A stretch of 64,000 nt of DNA from Octopus sinensis (Eukaryota), in assembly GCF_006345805.1 (NCBI RefSeq), contig NC_043001.1, forward strand, positions 124,124,001-124,188,000. Reading direction: 5' to 3'. The position numbers and the translations under genes were made by a program. Of this stretch, positions 39,283-52,939 are shown in pieces (position 1 is the stretch's first letter; every line of letters starts with the position of its first letter). The notes below the pieces were generated by a model, which searched no databases, had not been told where the DNA came from, and was given only the letters and a program-made list of their open reading frames with translations.

Positions 39283-39990
39283 TTAGGTTGCCAAGAAAGT
39301 TCTTGCGGAATTTTAAATTTTGGTTTTAAATGATGTATTTTAAAGTTAATTTTCGATAAATTCCTTTGAATTTTTATATCATTTTAAAGCCCATTGTTTT
39401 CGCTCTATCTAACTGTGTTAGTCTTTTTCTTTTTAAATAATTAGGCCTTTTTGGTCTGGAACGTTGAATACAACATGGACAAAAAGCAAATTCACACAAT
39501 TTTCTTATTCCAGTTCAAGCTAGGCCGAAAAGCTGCTGAAACAGCCCGCGATATCAACGATGCATTTGGCCGAGGAACCACTAATGAACGTACAGAACAA
39601 TGGTGGTTCCAGAAACTTCTTAGCGGTGGCGAGAGTCTTGAAGATGATAAGCGTAATGGTCGGCAACTGGATATTGCTTCTGATTTAGACGTAACGTATA
39701 CGACAATAGTGAACCACCTGAAAGCGACTGGTAAAACAAAAACATTTGAGAAACGAGTGCCGCACGAACTGAACGATAACCGAAAATAATAAAAGCACTA
39801 TTTCGAAGTGCCGTCTTCCCTTCTTGTATGCAACAAGAACGACCCGTTATTTGACCGGATTGTGATTTGCGATGAAAAGTGGATTCTTTACAACAAACGG
39901 CGACGCTCAGCTCAGTGGTTGGACGCCGACGAAGATCCACGTCACGTCTCGAAGCCAAAGTTGCACCGAAAGAAGGTCATGGTGAATGTT
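39283..39990 (+). mobile_element. mariner transposon, 5' half, internally deleted
   Basis: TIR ttaggttgccaagaaagt, nearly identical to that at 3327. ORFs give FLFQFKLGRKAAETARDIN, RVPHEL, RIVICDEKWILYN and KPKLHRKKVMV. Confidence 0.92.
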
Positions 39991-40059
39991 ATTATATACA
40001 TACTTGTATAAACTAATACACAAAAATATACATGAATGCAGTTATATATATGAATGTGT

Positions 40060-40215
40060 GTTTTTTTCTCTCCTTGTATTTTCTGTGTACCTTTCTGTAG
40101 AAGAGCGTAGGCTCGAAACGTAAAAGATTCTTTCTATTCCTGAGCGTTATACTAATACATCTGTTTGTTTTGTATACCACCTGTCTTCGTCTTTTGTTTT
40201 TTTTTTGTAAACTTT
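40060..40215 (+). repeat. Short interspersed repeat with a hammerhead-like motif (possible Penelope pLTR relic)
   Basis: ctttctgtagaagagcgtaggctcgaaacgtaaaag at 40091-40126; a second copy lies at 60560-60640. Confidence 0.6.
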
Positions 40216-40224
40216 CCCTATATT

Positions 40225-40230
40225 TATATG

Positions 40231-40262
<32 letters not shown>

Positions 40263-40451
40263 GATATGTATGTATATTGGCAGGGCTTGACTGCTAGGAA
40301 TATATTAGAATTTTCCCTGACCTCATAGATTTTTGTATGCTAGACTACTGGTTTTAAATTGATATTAAAATTAATACTAATTTATCTCCCTCATTATTTA
40401 AATATTGAAATATATATATATATATATATATATAGGGAAAGTGTACGTGTG

Positions 40452-40518
<67 letters not shown>

Positions 40519-40721
40519 ACATGTATGTATATATATACATACATGTATACATATATACATACACATATACATATATATATATACATAAATATACATATAT
40601 ATAATATATATATATACATGTATCAATATACATATATATGCAGATATATACATATACTTATATGTATACTTATATACATTAATATATATATATATACATA
40701 TATAAATGTATATATACGTAC

Positions 40722-40782
<61 letters not shown>

Positions 40783-40800
40783 CATGTATATAACTGCATT
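40225..40800. repeat. (TA)n/(TACA)n microsatellite region
   Basis: Read directly. Confidence 0.9.
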
Positions 40801-41391
40801 CATGTATATTTGTGTGTATTAGTTTATACACGTACGTACATAAATAATATTCATGTATTTAAATAATCATGAGGATGTTAAAACATATCAATTTCTATAT
40901 TTGTATATATTTATAAGATCCTCAGCATGAGTGTGTTTCACTGTTTCTGTGCCTATGTGTGTTTGTGTGTGTGTGCGTTTGTGCTTATTTCCGTATATAC
41001 ATTCTTACTTACATAATCTTATTTTGGGCTTATGCATTTTATTTTTGTGTAGAATTATATGCATGAATTTATAATCACGCTATTACATATCTATCCGTAT
41101 TCAAAATTATACATATTCGTTATTGGTAAGAATATCTTTGATTCCCCATGAATATTTACGAGTAGAACATAATAATATAGTTGTTAAAATTAAGAATTTA
41201 TAGTTATGACAATTTTTGATATGCGTACACCCACAACACAAATATATACGTTATGCACAACGCACGTATGTATATATACACACATATGTATGTATGTATG
41301 GATGTATGTATGTATGTATGTATGTATGTATGTATGTATGTATGTATGTATGTATGTATACATACATGTATGTATGTATGTATGTTTTATT

Positions 41392-41812
41392 TTATGAATA
41401 TATTCTCATGCATATAGTTGCATAATCAGAAATGCTCATATATATTTAAATGATAAACTTCTGGAAAGGTTTAAAGATTTTTACAGTTCCTCTGATGGAT
41501 CGGATCTGTAGTCATCGAATCGGCTTTCTACTTTCCCGTTTTGAGAAGCCTAATTTCTCAGGATTAATGTTTGGGCAGCGTGTTACACATCCCAGGACCC
41601 CCAAAATTACAGGTATAAACCCGAATTTGTAATCTAGATCGAGTAACTGCACATTTCTCAATAGTTCAGTGTAGGTATCCTCATTTTCGCTGATATTCAG
41701 CTTTATATTAATATCACTAGGAAGTTAAATTCCACACTTTCTCTTCTCTATCCCAAATCATTATATCAGCTCTGTTGTGCTTACATTTTATTTAGGTTTT
41801 CACTGGGGTCTG
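41392..41812 (-). mobile_element. 3' end of an RLE-type non-LTR retrotransposon (second copy)
   Basis: Colinear with 32400-32835, for example ttctcatgcatatagttgcat..atttaaatgataaacttct. Confidence 0.75.
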
Positions 41813-41926
41813 TATGTATGAATCTATATATGTATGTATGCATGTATGCATGCAAATATAAATGTTTGTTTGCAGGTATATATACATATGTACATGTATA
41901 TATACATACATACTTATGTATTTACG

Positions 41927-41976
<50 letters not shown>

Positions 41977-41984
41977 AACAAGCT

Positions 41985-42150
41985 GCCAGACGAGATGGTG
42001 AAGATGCCGACGACCGCTTTGTTCAAAGCCTCCCTGGACCTCAAGTGGCCTGAACTCTTTACATGATCACCACCCTGTAACTCCATGTCCCCCTACATGG
42101 CCTTGCTATTGCTTTTGAGCCAAATTAACTAACTAACTAACTAACTAACA
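41985..42150 (+). mobile_element. CR1/L2-group LINE extreme 3' end
   Basis: [22 protein letters not shown], then a short UTR and a (TAAC)n tail. Confidence 0.75.
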
Positions 42151-42155
42151 CACAC

Positions 42156-42213
<58 letters not shown>

Positions 42214-43611
42214 GTCAAGTGGATGTCTTATAAAATTATTTCGCACATACAATAACAACCATACCAAAAATACAACAAACCTCCATCATCAGCTGCTCCA
42301 CGGATATCACTATGGTTTCGACAGCTGGACAGTACCATGGAATCCGGTGGTGTCAACAGCACTAAAATAAGTGTTACTGGGAACAAACATACCTTAGATA
42401 TCGTCACATACATTCTATCTCAATTCAATCCTAGAGAGTATTAAACATGAACATTAATAATTAAACTACAACATAGACAACATACTTACCCTATGTACCA
42501 AAATAGTATAGGTAAATTAATAATTCTATATGTAAACCTATAACTAACTCCTACATTATCAAACTAAATAGAAACCTAGCCATTGAATTCCATACAGTAT
42601 TCCCACCAGCTTCCATAGTTATTAACTTTTATAATCTGTTCCTTCCAAAACGAAACAAACTCGATTAAACTTATCTTAGCTAATAATATAATTCTAAGTG
42701 AATTACACTATTTCATATCTCAAAAGGTAATAATTAAAAACACTCCATCCGTATTAAATATTCATTATCCTTACATGCTTTAAAGTTAAACTTATACCAG
42801 TAATTAATAGATGATACTAAAATATGCTTATTAAATCAGAAACTAATAAAAGAATACCTATAATTAACAATTATTATAAAAACCTTGTTACGATTAAAGC
42901 AAAATATATAGGTGTTTAAACGATAATATAAATTAAAGTATTACCACTTACATGTCATCTGGACACACGAGGTTCAAGTCGACTCTTTTCTCAAAGACTA
43001 TTTGGTGGCGTGGTGCGTAGTCCACTACTTGCTGAAATGTCATTAACGCAATTATAAGTAGTACGCAATTATAGTGACCTACAAACTGTCCAAATATGGA
43101 CAACCTACAATCCAAGGCACCACCCATATATATATATCGCTTAGGCATTTCAATGCTAATATCTTGGTGAAGAACTCAATGTACGTCTGCTTCTGAATGA
43201 AAGATTAGTTGAGTACAAATTAATAAGAAAGGAATACATGTGTATTTTACAAACTTCATTACCCTTACATATATTTTCAATATAACATGTATAAGATTGT
43301 TGAATGCGCGAGTAACACCTTACACATTCATCAGAACCGCAAACACATATCTTTGTTCAAGTAACGTAGTGAAAAATGATGTTCGGGACCCTGATGAAAC
43401 AAGGAGGTGTTAGCCAGGCACTCAGCTATGAGTCCAACACATCTTACAATGAAAATATGTGTAGGTTAAGGAGGTTCACAAGATAATCGTTTATTCTTTT
43501 TTCATCTCTTTTCTTATACACACATACACACACATATACATACACGTACACACACACACACACACACTTACACACACACGCACTTACACACACACATACA
43601 TATATATATAT

Positions 43612-45400
43612 AAGGTAGAAAATGCTAAGATAATTTTATCACAATGAACAGTACTGCTTTCAATCTTGGCCATTTTTCAACTTAGAGTAAAGCATTAAAA
43701 AAAAATTAAATTGTGGAAATATTCAATGAAATGTTGTTTTTAAATATTCCCATAATTTTCAAACTTCCATTGCTCTACATCCTCATTAAGAAATCCAACA
43801 ACAAAATAGAAACAGATATATGCTATAAGCCCACGGACTCCAAGCAATATCTACCGTTCAACTCATGCCACCTCAGACACACTAGAATGAGTATCCCCTT
43901 CAAACTAGCAAAAACGATTTGTACTATACTTCCTAATACAGATATCAAGGACACACGACTACAAGAACTAAATGATACACTCATTACCAGGAACTACCCG
44001 CCATCACTAAATGATATAGTCTTTCAAATTACCCCACAACTCAACATCTACGAACTCAGATATCCCAAGTTAAAGAATGACGTACAACCAAAAGCCTTAT
44101 CATACTTCTCCACACAGAACCCCCTTAACAATAAAGCCATCGACTTTATGTTCCTCCAGAACATTCCCCTACTAGAAAGGAACCACAGAATGAATTTAAC
44201 CCTCCAAATGCACACCATAAAGAGCAAAAGACAACCCAAATATATTAAAAGTTTCCTAACTCAAGCTGAAGTACACTCGATGACAACACTGAAGCCGTGA
44301 GTAAAAAATTTAGAAGACCTAACTGTTAGGTTATTCAGAACAATTCCAGTCACTGGTATTACAAACACAGCGGGTCCCTTTTAGGTCACATGAGCATTTA
44401 AGTGGATACCACCAACATCCTAGTACTGTCATACCACTCCCGTATTTTTCTTCTTCTTCCTTTTCTTCTTCTTTTTTCTTCTTCTTTTTCTTCTTTTTCT
44501 TCTTTTTTTCTTTTTTCTCTTTTCTTCTTCTTCTTCTTTTTTCTTTTTTTTTTCTTCTTTTTCTTTCTTCTTTTTCTTTTTTTTCTTCTTTTTCTTCTTC
44601 TTTTTCTTCCTTTTCTTCTTCTTTTTCTTCTTCTTCTTTTCTTCTTCTCTTTTTCTTCTTCTTTTTCTTCTTCTCTTCTTCTTCTTCTTCTTTTTCTTCT
44701 TCTTCTTCTTCCTCTTCTTCTCTTCTTCTTTTTCTTCTTCTTCTTCTTCTTCTTCTCTTCTTCTTCTTCTTCTTCTTCTTCTTCGTTTTCGTCGCCGCCG
44801 CCTCCTTCTCAGCCTCTGGTGTTAAACACCCAAAACCAATCTCCCTCGTCCATTGAATTAGCCAACTTATTTCCCTTAAGTAATGGTCATTCCCTTTCTC
44901 ACCATCTCAGCTATCAATTTAATAGCCTTCATACAAACTAGCACAATTAACTACCATTCACACATTTCACCCACAACACATTTCATACACACTAACTTAA
45001 CAGACTAAAATTCTCATACTACCTACAATACCCTCCCCTCTTCCTTCTATTTTCCACCTCTACTACATTGACTCCCTGCAATTAATCCCGCACTTTTGAT
45101 ATTTATTTTCTCCTTTCATTTTTCCTAATCTGAATACCTCCCCTCCCACCTAATAAGTTAGGCTCTCGACAAAATCATTTCATCCTTGAACTTCCCTTTT
45201 TTTAACACCTCAAATGTAATATCTTCCTCTGAAGGCGGAGACTCGTCTCAGCCTATGATAGGAACAAACTACAAACACTATTTCGTAGCACTGAGCCCCC
45301 CCCCCACTGAAACAGCTGTTGTGTTTGTAATAACTTTCCCCAACCCCTTTATACATCCAAATCATTTGTATTCTGTGTAAGTCATATTTAAGAACTTTAA
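43612..45400 (+). mobile_element. Penelope-like retroelement fragment with 3' region and an internal (CTT)n-rich tract
   Basis: ORF 43713-44300 gives YKPTDSKQYLPFNSCHLRH and KSKRQPK, paralogous to 31545-32024. Low-complexity tract at 44445-44790. The right boundary is approximate. Confidence 0.8.
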
Positions 45401-46066
45401 TCAGTTCGTAGTGTTGTTTTTCTAAACAAACTTTCATGCGCTTTTACTGCGATGGTTTTTGTTAATAACAATAACAGTATTTTACAAGCTTCAAGCTTGT
45501 AAGTGATCACCGTGCAATGACTAAAGAGAATTGTGTAATAATGGGACATGTAAGCCCTATAGAAAGGGACGGAAATGAATAACGATAACTTGATCATGTA
45601 GTCAGGGAATCAGCCGTTTGGCAATATGTTCATCTAGTGACGAGGGTGTGGGTCATCCCGCAAAATGACAAAAAAAAACCAGAAAAAATGTTTTAAAAGT
45701 AGATTAGCATCTTAAGAAAGATTTTCCTCTTGCCGACTACTTTGTATAGTGAGACATACAGTATTCGTAACAGAACCCTATGTTACCCGGGTTTCCATTT
45801 TATCATGTCTTAGGAGATGAATGTCTCTGTTAATTCTTTCTAAGCATCGATTTAACGGTATAATCCAGCAAGACTTTGTGGACCACTTTATTGAAAAGTA
45901 CTGCACTTTAACGATAATATAAACGATAATATAATTAAACGAACTCCCGTATGTGTGTGTCTATGTATTTCATATATATATACATACACACAATTACATA
46001 CACACACACACACACACAGAAACACACACACACCACACACACATTATATATATATATATATATTAT

Positions 46067-46110
<44 letters not shown>

Positions 46111-46125
46111 ATATACATATAAACA

Positions 46126-46730
46126 GGGAGGCTAATTCACTGTGTAAATGCAACACAGTTGCGTTAACAAAGCGATATGGGTCTGAGTCACACGCGGATA
46201 GGAAAGCTTTCTTTTTTCTGTCGAGGCCTTACATACCCGTTTATTACATTATTATTCTTTTAGTCATTGCACGGTGATCACCATAAGCTTTAGGCTTATA
46301 TAAAAGTACCATTATTATTATTTACAGGATTGTAAAACAGGGCACCGTAAAAAAAAATTCGCACCGAATGCATATAGAAAGTTTGTTTGCATAAAAACTA
46401 ATTCGAACTAATATAGTTCCTAAATTTGATAAAAACGGGGAGCCTAATTTACTGCTGTAAAGTTAATACACTTAGACGCGTTTACAAAGGGATGCGGGTT
46501 CGAGTCCCATTCGGATAAGAACGCCTTCTTTTTTTTTTCGCTCTCAAGGGCTTATATCCCCCTTTATTAGACTATTTTCCTTAGTCATTGCACAGTGATC
46601 GCCATAAGCATTGAGCTTATATGAAAAATACTATTATTAGTATTCATATGATTGTAAAACACAGCGCCGTATAAAAAAAAACCCATTCGCACCAAAATCG
46701 TATAATATATATATATTGATTGTTTGCGAC
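46126..46730 (+). repeat. Two diverged tandem ~312-bp units with a B-box-like motif; partial inverted third copy at about 45400-45570
   Basis: gggag(g/c)ctaatt at 46126 and 46438. ttagtcattgcac(g/a)gtgatc occurs in both units and reversed near 45505-45525. GGTTCGAGTCCC near 46497. Confidence 0.7.
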
Positions 46731-47276
46731 TGTTATATATATAGTTACTGTAGGCGACGAAAGTTGATGTCTGTTCAGAATAGTATTCTGTATGTCCTAT
46801 ATAAAGTGGCTATAAGATAGGAATTCCCATTGTATCCTGATTTCTCTTGGAAAAATAATCTTGTACAGACGTATCGTGAAAAAATAAAAGAAAGCAGAGG
46901 AATGTATCTAGAGTAGACAATAGGTTGAACCAATACCGCTTCAATCACTAATAAGGGATATTATCCAACACTCCAGCTATTGCCGATCCCAGTACTTTGT
47001 TGATAATTATCTTTGTATATTACTAGTGGCTAAATTTGCCTAAGCATGCGGCTGGCAGTGGAAACATGCTACTGATGACGTGCAAAGACACAGAAATGCG
47101 GATTTAGCAAATGCACCAAAACATGTGGAGATTTTGACTGCGAGTGATACACTTCTATGTAGCTTAGTCTTTTACATTTTTATGAGATTTCTCACAACGA
47201 ATGGTGCATTTACGTGGCTTCCTATACTATATCCACGTTAAATAAAATATACAGCATCATATATATATATATATAT

Positions 47277-47325
<49 letters not shown>

Positions 47326-47781
47326 CAAGCCTACGTACTGGTAAATGAATGCAGACACATACGTCCACAGACACCCACACCCACATAGATACACACACTC
47401 AAACATACCAATATATGAATTGTTCGTGTGCGATTGTGTACATACATATCTCCTACTTCATAATTCATGCTATATAAGTAATTTATTTAGTAGTAAGCTA
47501 ATATTAAGCTATGTCTCCGAGGAATATACCTCGATTTTCTATTGTCCTATCTCGAAATCAAGAAATTTCATCAAAATCTTGTTATTACAGTCTAAAAACA
47601 ACACAAAAATAACAAATATTTTTCTTTTCGATTAACATTTTTTTATAAATTTTATTCTATTTCTGATACTTGCTATTTCTTTTTCATTCTACTAGCTCCT
47701 CTCCAGCCTCAGCCAACATTGTTGATAATTCAATTTTCGTTGTGAATAGTAAGTTCTTTCTTACTGCAGACACACACTCGC

Positions 47782-47930
<149 letters not shown>

Positions 47931-50900
47931 GAAGGGGATGCAAATGCCTCAGAGACCTGCTCAGACGATTCCAACTGTCTGACAGGTACCGACTCGACCA
48001 CCCAAATGCACCAACGTGGACATGGAGCAACCGCAGTGGGTCGTCGAGATCGTATCTAGATAGGATACTGTGTAGGACAGTAGACAAGGATAACTTAGGA
48101 TGTCCACAATTCCACACAGTCAGCTACACGGATCACAAATTGGTGACGGGTACGCTAGACTTAGATAAGGCACATAGACAGGGTCCTGGGTACTGGAAAC
48201 TGAACGCATCATTCCCGTCCAGACAAGTTTTCAGAGACGGATTAGCACACTAGTAAAGAGGGCTTTGACGGGAGCCATCATCAACAACAAATGGTGTGGT
48301 TTGCCCTCAAAGAGAGCAGTAAAAGCCAGAAGCGATTAGGTACAGCAAAGCACTAGCCATAGATAGAAATAGAGTAGAGGGTGAGCTAGTAAGAAGCTAG
48401 AAGAGGGCAATAGAAGCGCGCATCGCATCCGACGTTTGGCGGGCGAGGTTGGCCCTCGACCACACTTCAACGCCAAACACGAAGGATGTGCTGTCAGAGC
48501 TAGGATGCGTGCTCTAAGGAACGAAGGTGTTGGAGCCGCGAGAGAGGCCCGGTGGCAGAGGCGCAACAGGGCAACAAGCCACCATTCGTCACTGGTAATG
48601 AACAGGGGCGCGAATTGCTCGAGCCAAGTAAAATGGTGAGGCTTTCAGCAGCATTTTGCCCGACTGTTCGGGACGAGTGGAGGGCAAGAACGTAGGGTAG
48701 ACTTCAGGGCCTACCTACATAGCCTGCCAACGACTCTCGACAAAGAAAGGAGGGTGCTGCGAAGGTGCCATCACGGCGGCGGAAGTGCGGGAAGCGATGG
48801 CAGAATGCTGCGAAGGTGCCATCACGGCGGCGGAAGGGGAAGTGCGGGAAGCGATGGCAGAATGCTCGAGGGACAAATCACCGGATTTGGATGGTCTACC
48901 CTACGAATTTACTATTGTATGCCAGACTTGTTTGGAGACGTCTTGGCACGGTCTGTATACTGCAACTGGCAGCAAAAACGGGAGCATACCCGGTTTTCTG
49001 AGTCGAGGAGCTGTAACTCTGCTGAAGAAAGATCCAAACAAGGGAAAACATTATAGATAACTTTAGGCAATCACTCTGCTCAATGCAGACCTGAAATTTT
49101 GGACAAAGGTGTTAGCCAAGAGGTTGGCGCTTGTCATGGAGAAACTGGTCGACAACGCACAAACGTGCGCCGTGCGGGCCGGATAATCCATGACAACCTC
49201 CATCTGATGCGCTACATCATAGACAGGGTAGTTAACGAACCTGGCATGGGTGGGGCCTTGATCAACTGGGATCAATCGAAAGCTTTGATAGGGTAGACCA
49301 TCGATACTTGAGGCAGTCCTGAGAGCGGCTGGTTTCGGTCCAGTCTTCCGCGGCTGGATAGCTGCCTTGTACAGGGGCATCCGTTCGGTAATTCGCGTAA
49401 ATGGACATCTATCGAGACCCTTCGACATTGCACGTTCGGTCCGTCAGGGATGCCCCCTCTCGGCGCTTCTATACGTATTGACTCTTGAGCCACTACTGCG
49501 GAAGTGGCGACTCTGAGGGCATCCCGCGAGAATTAGGATGCGGGACGAGCTGTCTGCATACGCCGACGACGTCACCGTCATAGTGTCAAGCCACGAGCAC
49601 ATCGAGCGGTCGGCGAGACACTGAAAGACTACGAAGCGGTGACAGGAGCAAAAATCAACCGGGAAAAGTCAGTGGGCTTGCGGCTCGGCACCTGGAGAAG
49701 CAAGCCCATGCCGTCCACCAGTACCTCCGTCGTGGGACGCTGGACAGACGGCCCGGTGAGTTGCTCGGGGTCTGGTTCGGTCCGGACCTCCAAATGGAGA
49801 AGAACTGGAACGCGATAACCGAGTAGGGTGGTCACTCTCGCCCAGCAATGGGCGAGAGGAAAACTGTCCCTAAAAGGTCGGGCGGAGGTGGTGAACGCGT
49901 ACATCGCGTCCATCATCTACTACCGCCTGACCGTCGTACCTTGTCCGACCCTACCATCACAAACTAGAACGCATCCTCTTCCGCTTCTTGTGGAAAGGAT
50001 GCGTCCCGATGGTCAGGCGATCCATTTGCTGTCAACACCGTTAAAAAGGAGGGTGGGGCATGGCCGTGGTGATTTTGATGATGCGCAGACACGCGCTGAG
50101 ACTGCGACATCTCCGGCTCATGTAGACGACGGTGAACAGGTGTGGTCGCCGTTTGTGAGGCCCGCATTCCCGCAACTCGTCTCCATGACCGAACTACAGT
50201 CGGATCAAAAAGAGGCCGAAGAAGGGCGAATGGCACCGCGAGTGTCACGTTGCTCTCAAGCAACTCTGCCGTCCCGGGTCGACCTTGAGTGACTTCAACA
50301 CAACCAAAGCATTCTATAGGGATTAGTGGAGGGGAGGTACGACTACGAGCTCGGGGCAAACCTGGGCGGACGACGGGAATACCTGACCCGCCTGTTTTCA
50401 AACGACTTTCGGCCCGGACCTATGGACAACTTCCAGAGATTCCCTGCCTGGCGGTGCTACCGAGAAAGCGATACCCGTTCGGGATAAGCTCTATAGGCAT
50501 GGCTCGAGAAACACGGGGCCGACCTGCCCGAGATGCGGGCAGAGCGACGCGACGAAACCGCTCTGCACGCAATCGTGCAGTGTCCAGCAATTTCCCACCT
50601 GTGGGTTATGTCGAAACGACTGCTGTCACGTGTGGGACGTGTCGGTTTATCAGCCGAGTCTATCGTTAATATCGTCACGCCTCCTTCCTTCAACGGGAAG
50701 GAAGAGCTATTTTTATCATACTTGTGGCTATGGGAAAGATGTATATTGGTGGACGCGTCTGAAAGGATTAGAGACAAACACTTTCCTCTCTGGTCAATCT
50801 CTCATCAACTTCTTCAAGTATCACTTGAAGAAAAAGTGAGAGTAGAGAGGCAAGTTTGTCTAGTGAATGTTTTAAAAAAGATGGGTGAATGTAGCAAGGA

Positions 50901-51370
50901 TGGCACGTATGAATGACGAAGCCACCTTGACTATGATTCTATGAACCGTAAAAATTAATACAGAGAGTTGCTTATTTGCAAAAAAAAAAAAAAAGCAATA
51001 TAACATGTGACTTCATTGACCGAGGTTACCGTGGTCTTTTCCGTAGGCTTTTCTTTCCACGGGTAAACCTCACCTGTCCTCCCCTTTACACTTCATATTG
51101 ACATTTCTGTGATAACGATCCCTATTGATCAATTTTTTTTCCTCTCCCCCTTTTTTTTAACCCCCCCTTTTTTTGTCCTCTTTCTCTCCTTTTACGATCC
51201 CTTTTGATCGACCCCCTTTTTTTTATTTGTTATTTTATTATTATTTTTTTTTATTTATTATTTTCTTTTTTTTTTCTTTTTTTAATTTTTTTTTTAAACC
51301 TTCAAAAGAAAAGCTCTACCTTGTAATTTGTTCTATCTGTGTGCAGCCCTGTGTGGCTAATAAAGAAACA
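47931..51370 (+). mobile_element. L1-superfamily, Tx1-type LINE ORF2 (APE C-terminus, RT, C-terminal Cys motif) with 3' UTR; 5'-truncated and frameshifted
   Basis: Motifs SYLDRI, YTDHK, GPGYWKLN, SPDLDGLPYEF, TLLNADLK, DQSKA, VRQGCPLS, AYADDVT and ETALHAIVQC. AATAAA at 51359. GC content is clearly above the flanks. Confidence 0.95.
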
Positions 51371-51391
51371 TATCTATATTCTATCTTCTTG

Positions 51392-51482
<91 letters not shown>

Positions 51483-51522
51483 ATCTACTTGTCTATCTAT
51501 CTATCTATATTCTATCTACTTG

Positions 51523-51593
<71 letters not shown>

Positions 51594-51633
51594 ATCTACT
51601 TGTCTATCTATCTATCTATATTCTATGTACTTG

Positions 51634-51680
<47 letters not shown>

Positions 51681-51830
51681 ATCTACTTGTCTATCTATGT
51701 GTCAGTCTGTCTATCTATCTATATATCTCTATATGTCTGTCTATCTATTTATGTGTGCGCACGTGTGTGGTCGTGTGTGTGTGTGTGTGTCTGTGTGTGT
51801 GTGTGTCTCTATATGTGTACCTACATACGT
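51371..51830. repeat. (TATC)n tract with recurrent ttctatctacttgtcta variants, then (TG)n
   Basis: Read directly. Confidence 0.95.
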
Positions 51831-52168
51831 ATATGTATAAAAAATTCCATTCATATTGTTAGGAGCAATGTGTCTAATTTTATCGCCTAGTCTCTCGAAT
51901 TTTAGTTTTGTTGCAACGGCTGCTGTCACTCTTGTGGTGCATGATAAATTTTCGTGTTATTTCATACGTTTCCTTAATTTTTCTTTCATAAGTATCGATT
52001 TGCTTTGTACAATCATTCTTTCATAATCTATTACTTTCATAATATATTTCTGTCCGTCTGTTTGTGCGACTCTGTCGTTCACTCTAGCTCTCTACCTTCT
52101 CTGTCTCTGTCTGTATCTCTGTGTGTGTGATGTATGTATGTATGTATGATCAGTGTGAGTGCGTGCGT

Positions 52169-52236
<68 letters not shown>

Positions 52237-52260
52237 ATATATATATATATGTATACATAT

Positions 52261-52308
<48 letters not shown>

Positions 52309-52626
52309 ATATGTGGGTGTGTGTGTGTATATATATATACATATATGTGGAATGGCGTCCTGTCCAGCTAGGGAACACGTACGCCATTGAAACTTGGCTA
52401 GGCTTTAAAAGGGCTCAAAAAAATATATATACATATATGCAAATAAAAACAGATGAATAGTGGTTCACTCACTACGACTGTTTCATTTGTGATTTTTATT
52501 GATGAAATGCTATTACTCATGTGAAAAAAAAAACCTTCTCGAATTAAACATTTGAAAAAAGATTCCACGAAACCATGTATATGCCATCTCATGATTCTCC
52601 GGCGGACTACGAGGAGAGAATCCTGA

Positions 52627-52698
<72 letters not shown>

Positions 52699-52939
52699 CG
52701 CGCGCGTGTGTATATTTGCATATATATATGTATATACTTTACAATGTATCGGTGTACCTATGTTTTTATTTTTGTATATGTTTATTATTTTTTTGCAAAA
52801 CACAATGTAATTTTCTTTTTTCCCCCTCCTCTATTATAAAAAAAAATTCTTTACACCTTACAAGTCTTGCAAAGTCGCATTGCTAAGAAAACCGTTTGAA
52901 TTAATATATATATATTTTTTTTTAATTTAAAAAAAATGT

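Noticed and set aside
42280-42340. Minus-strand GAAA and CTGATGA in a type II-like order
   Set aside because: No stem II pairing, and the cleavage position would be G.
45287-45325. Hammerhead vestige: agcac..GAAA cagctg TT gtgtt with palindrome ACAGCTGT
   Set aside because: The CUGANGA strand is incomplete and stem II is replaced by a C-run; at most a dead relic in the Penelope 3' region.
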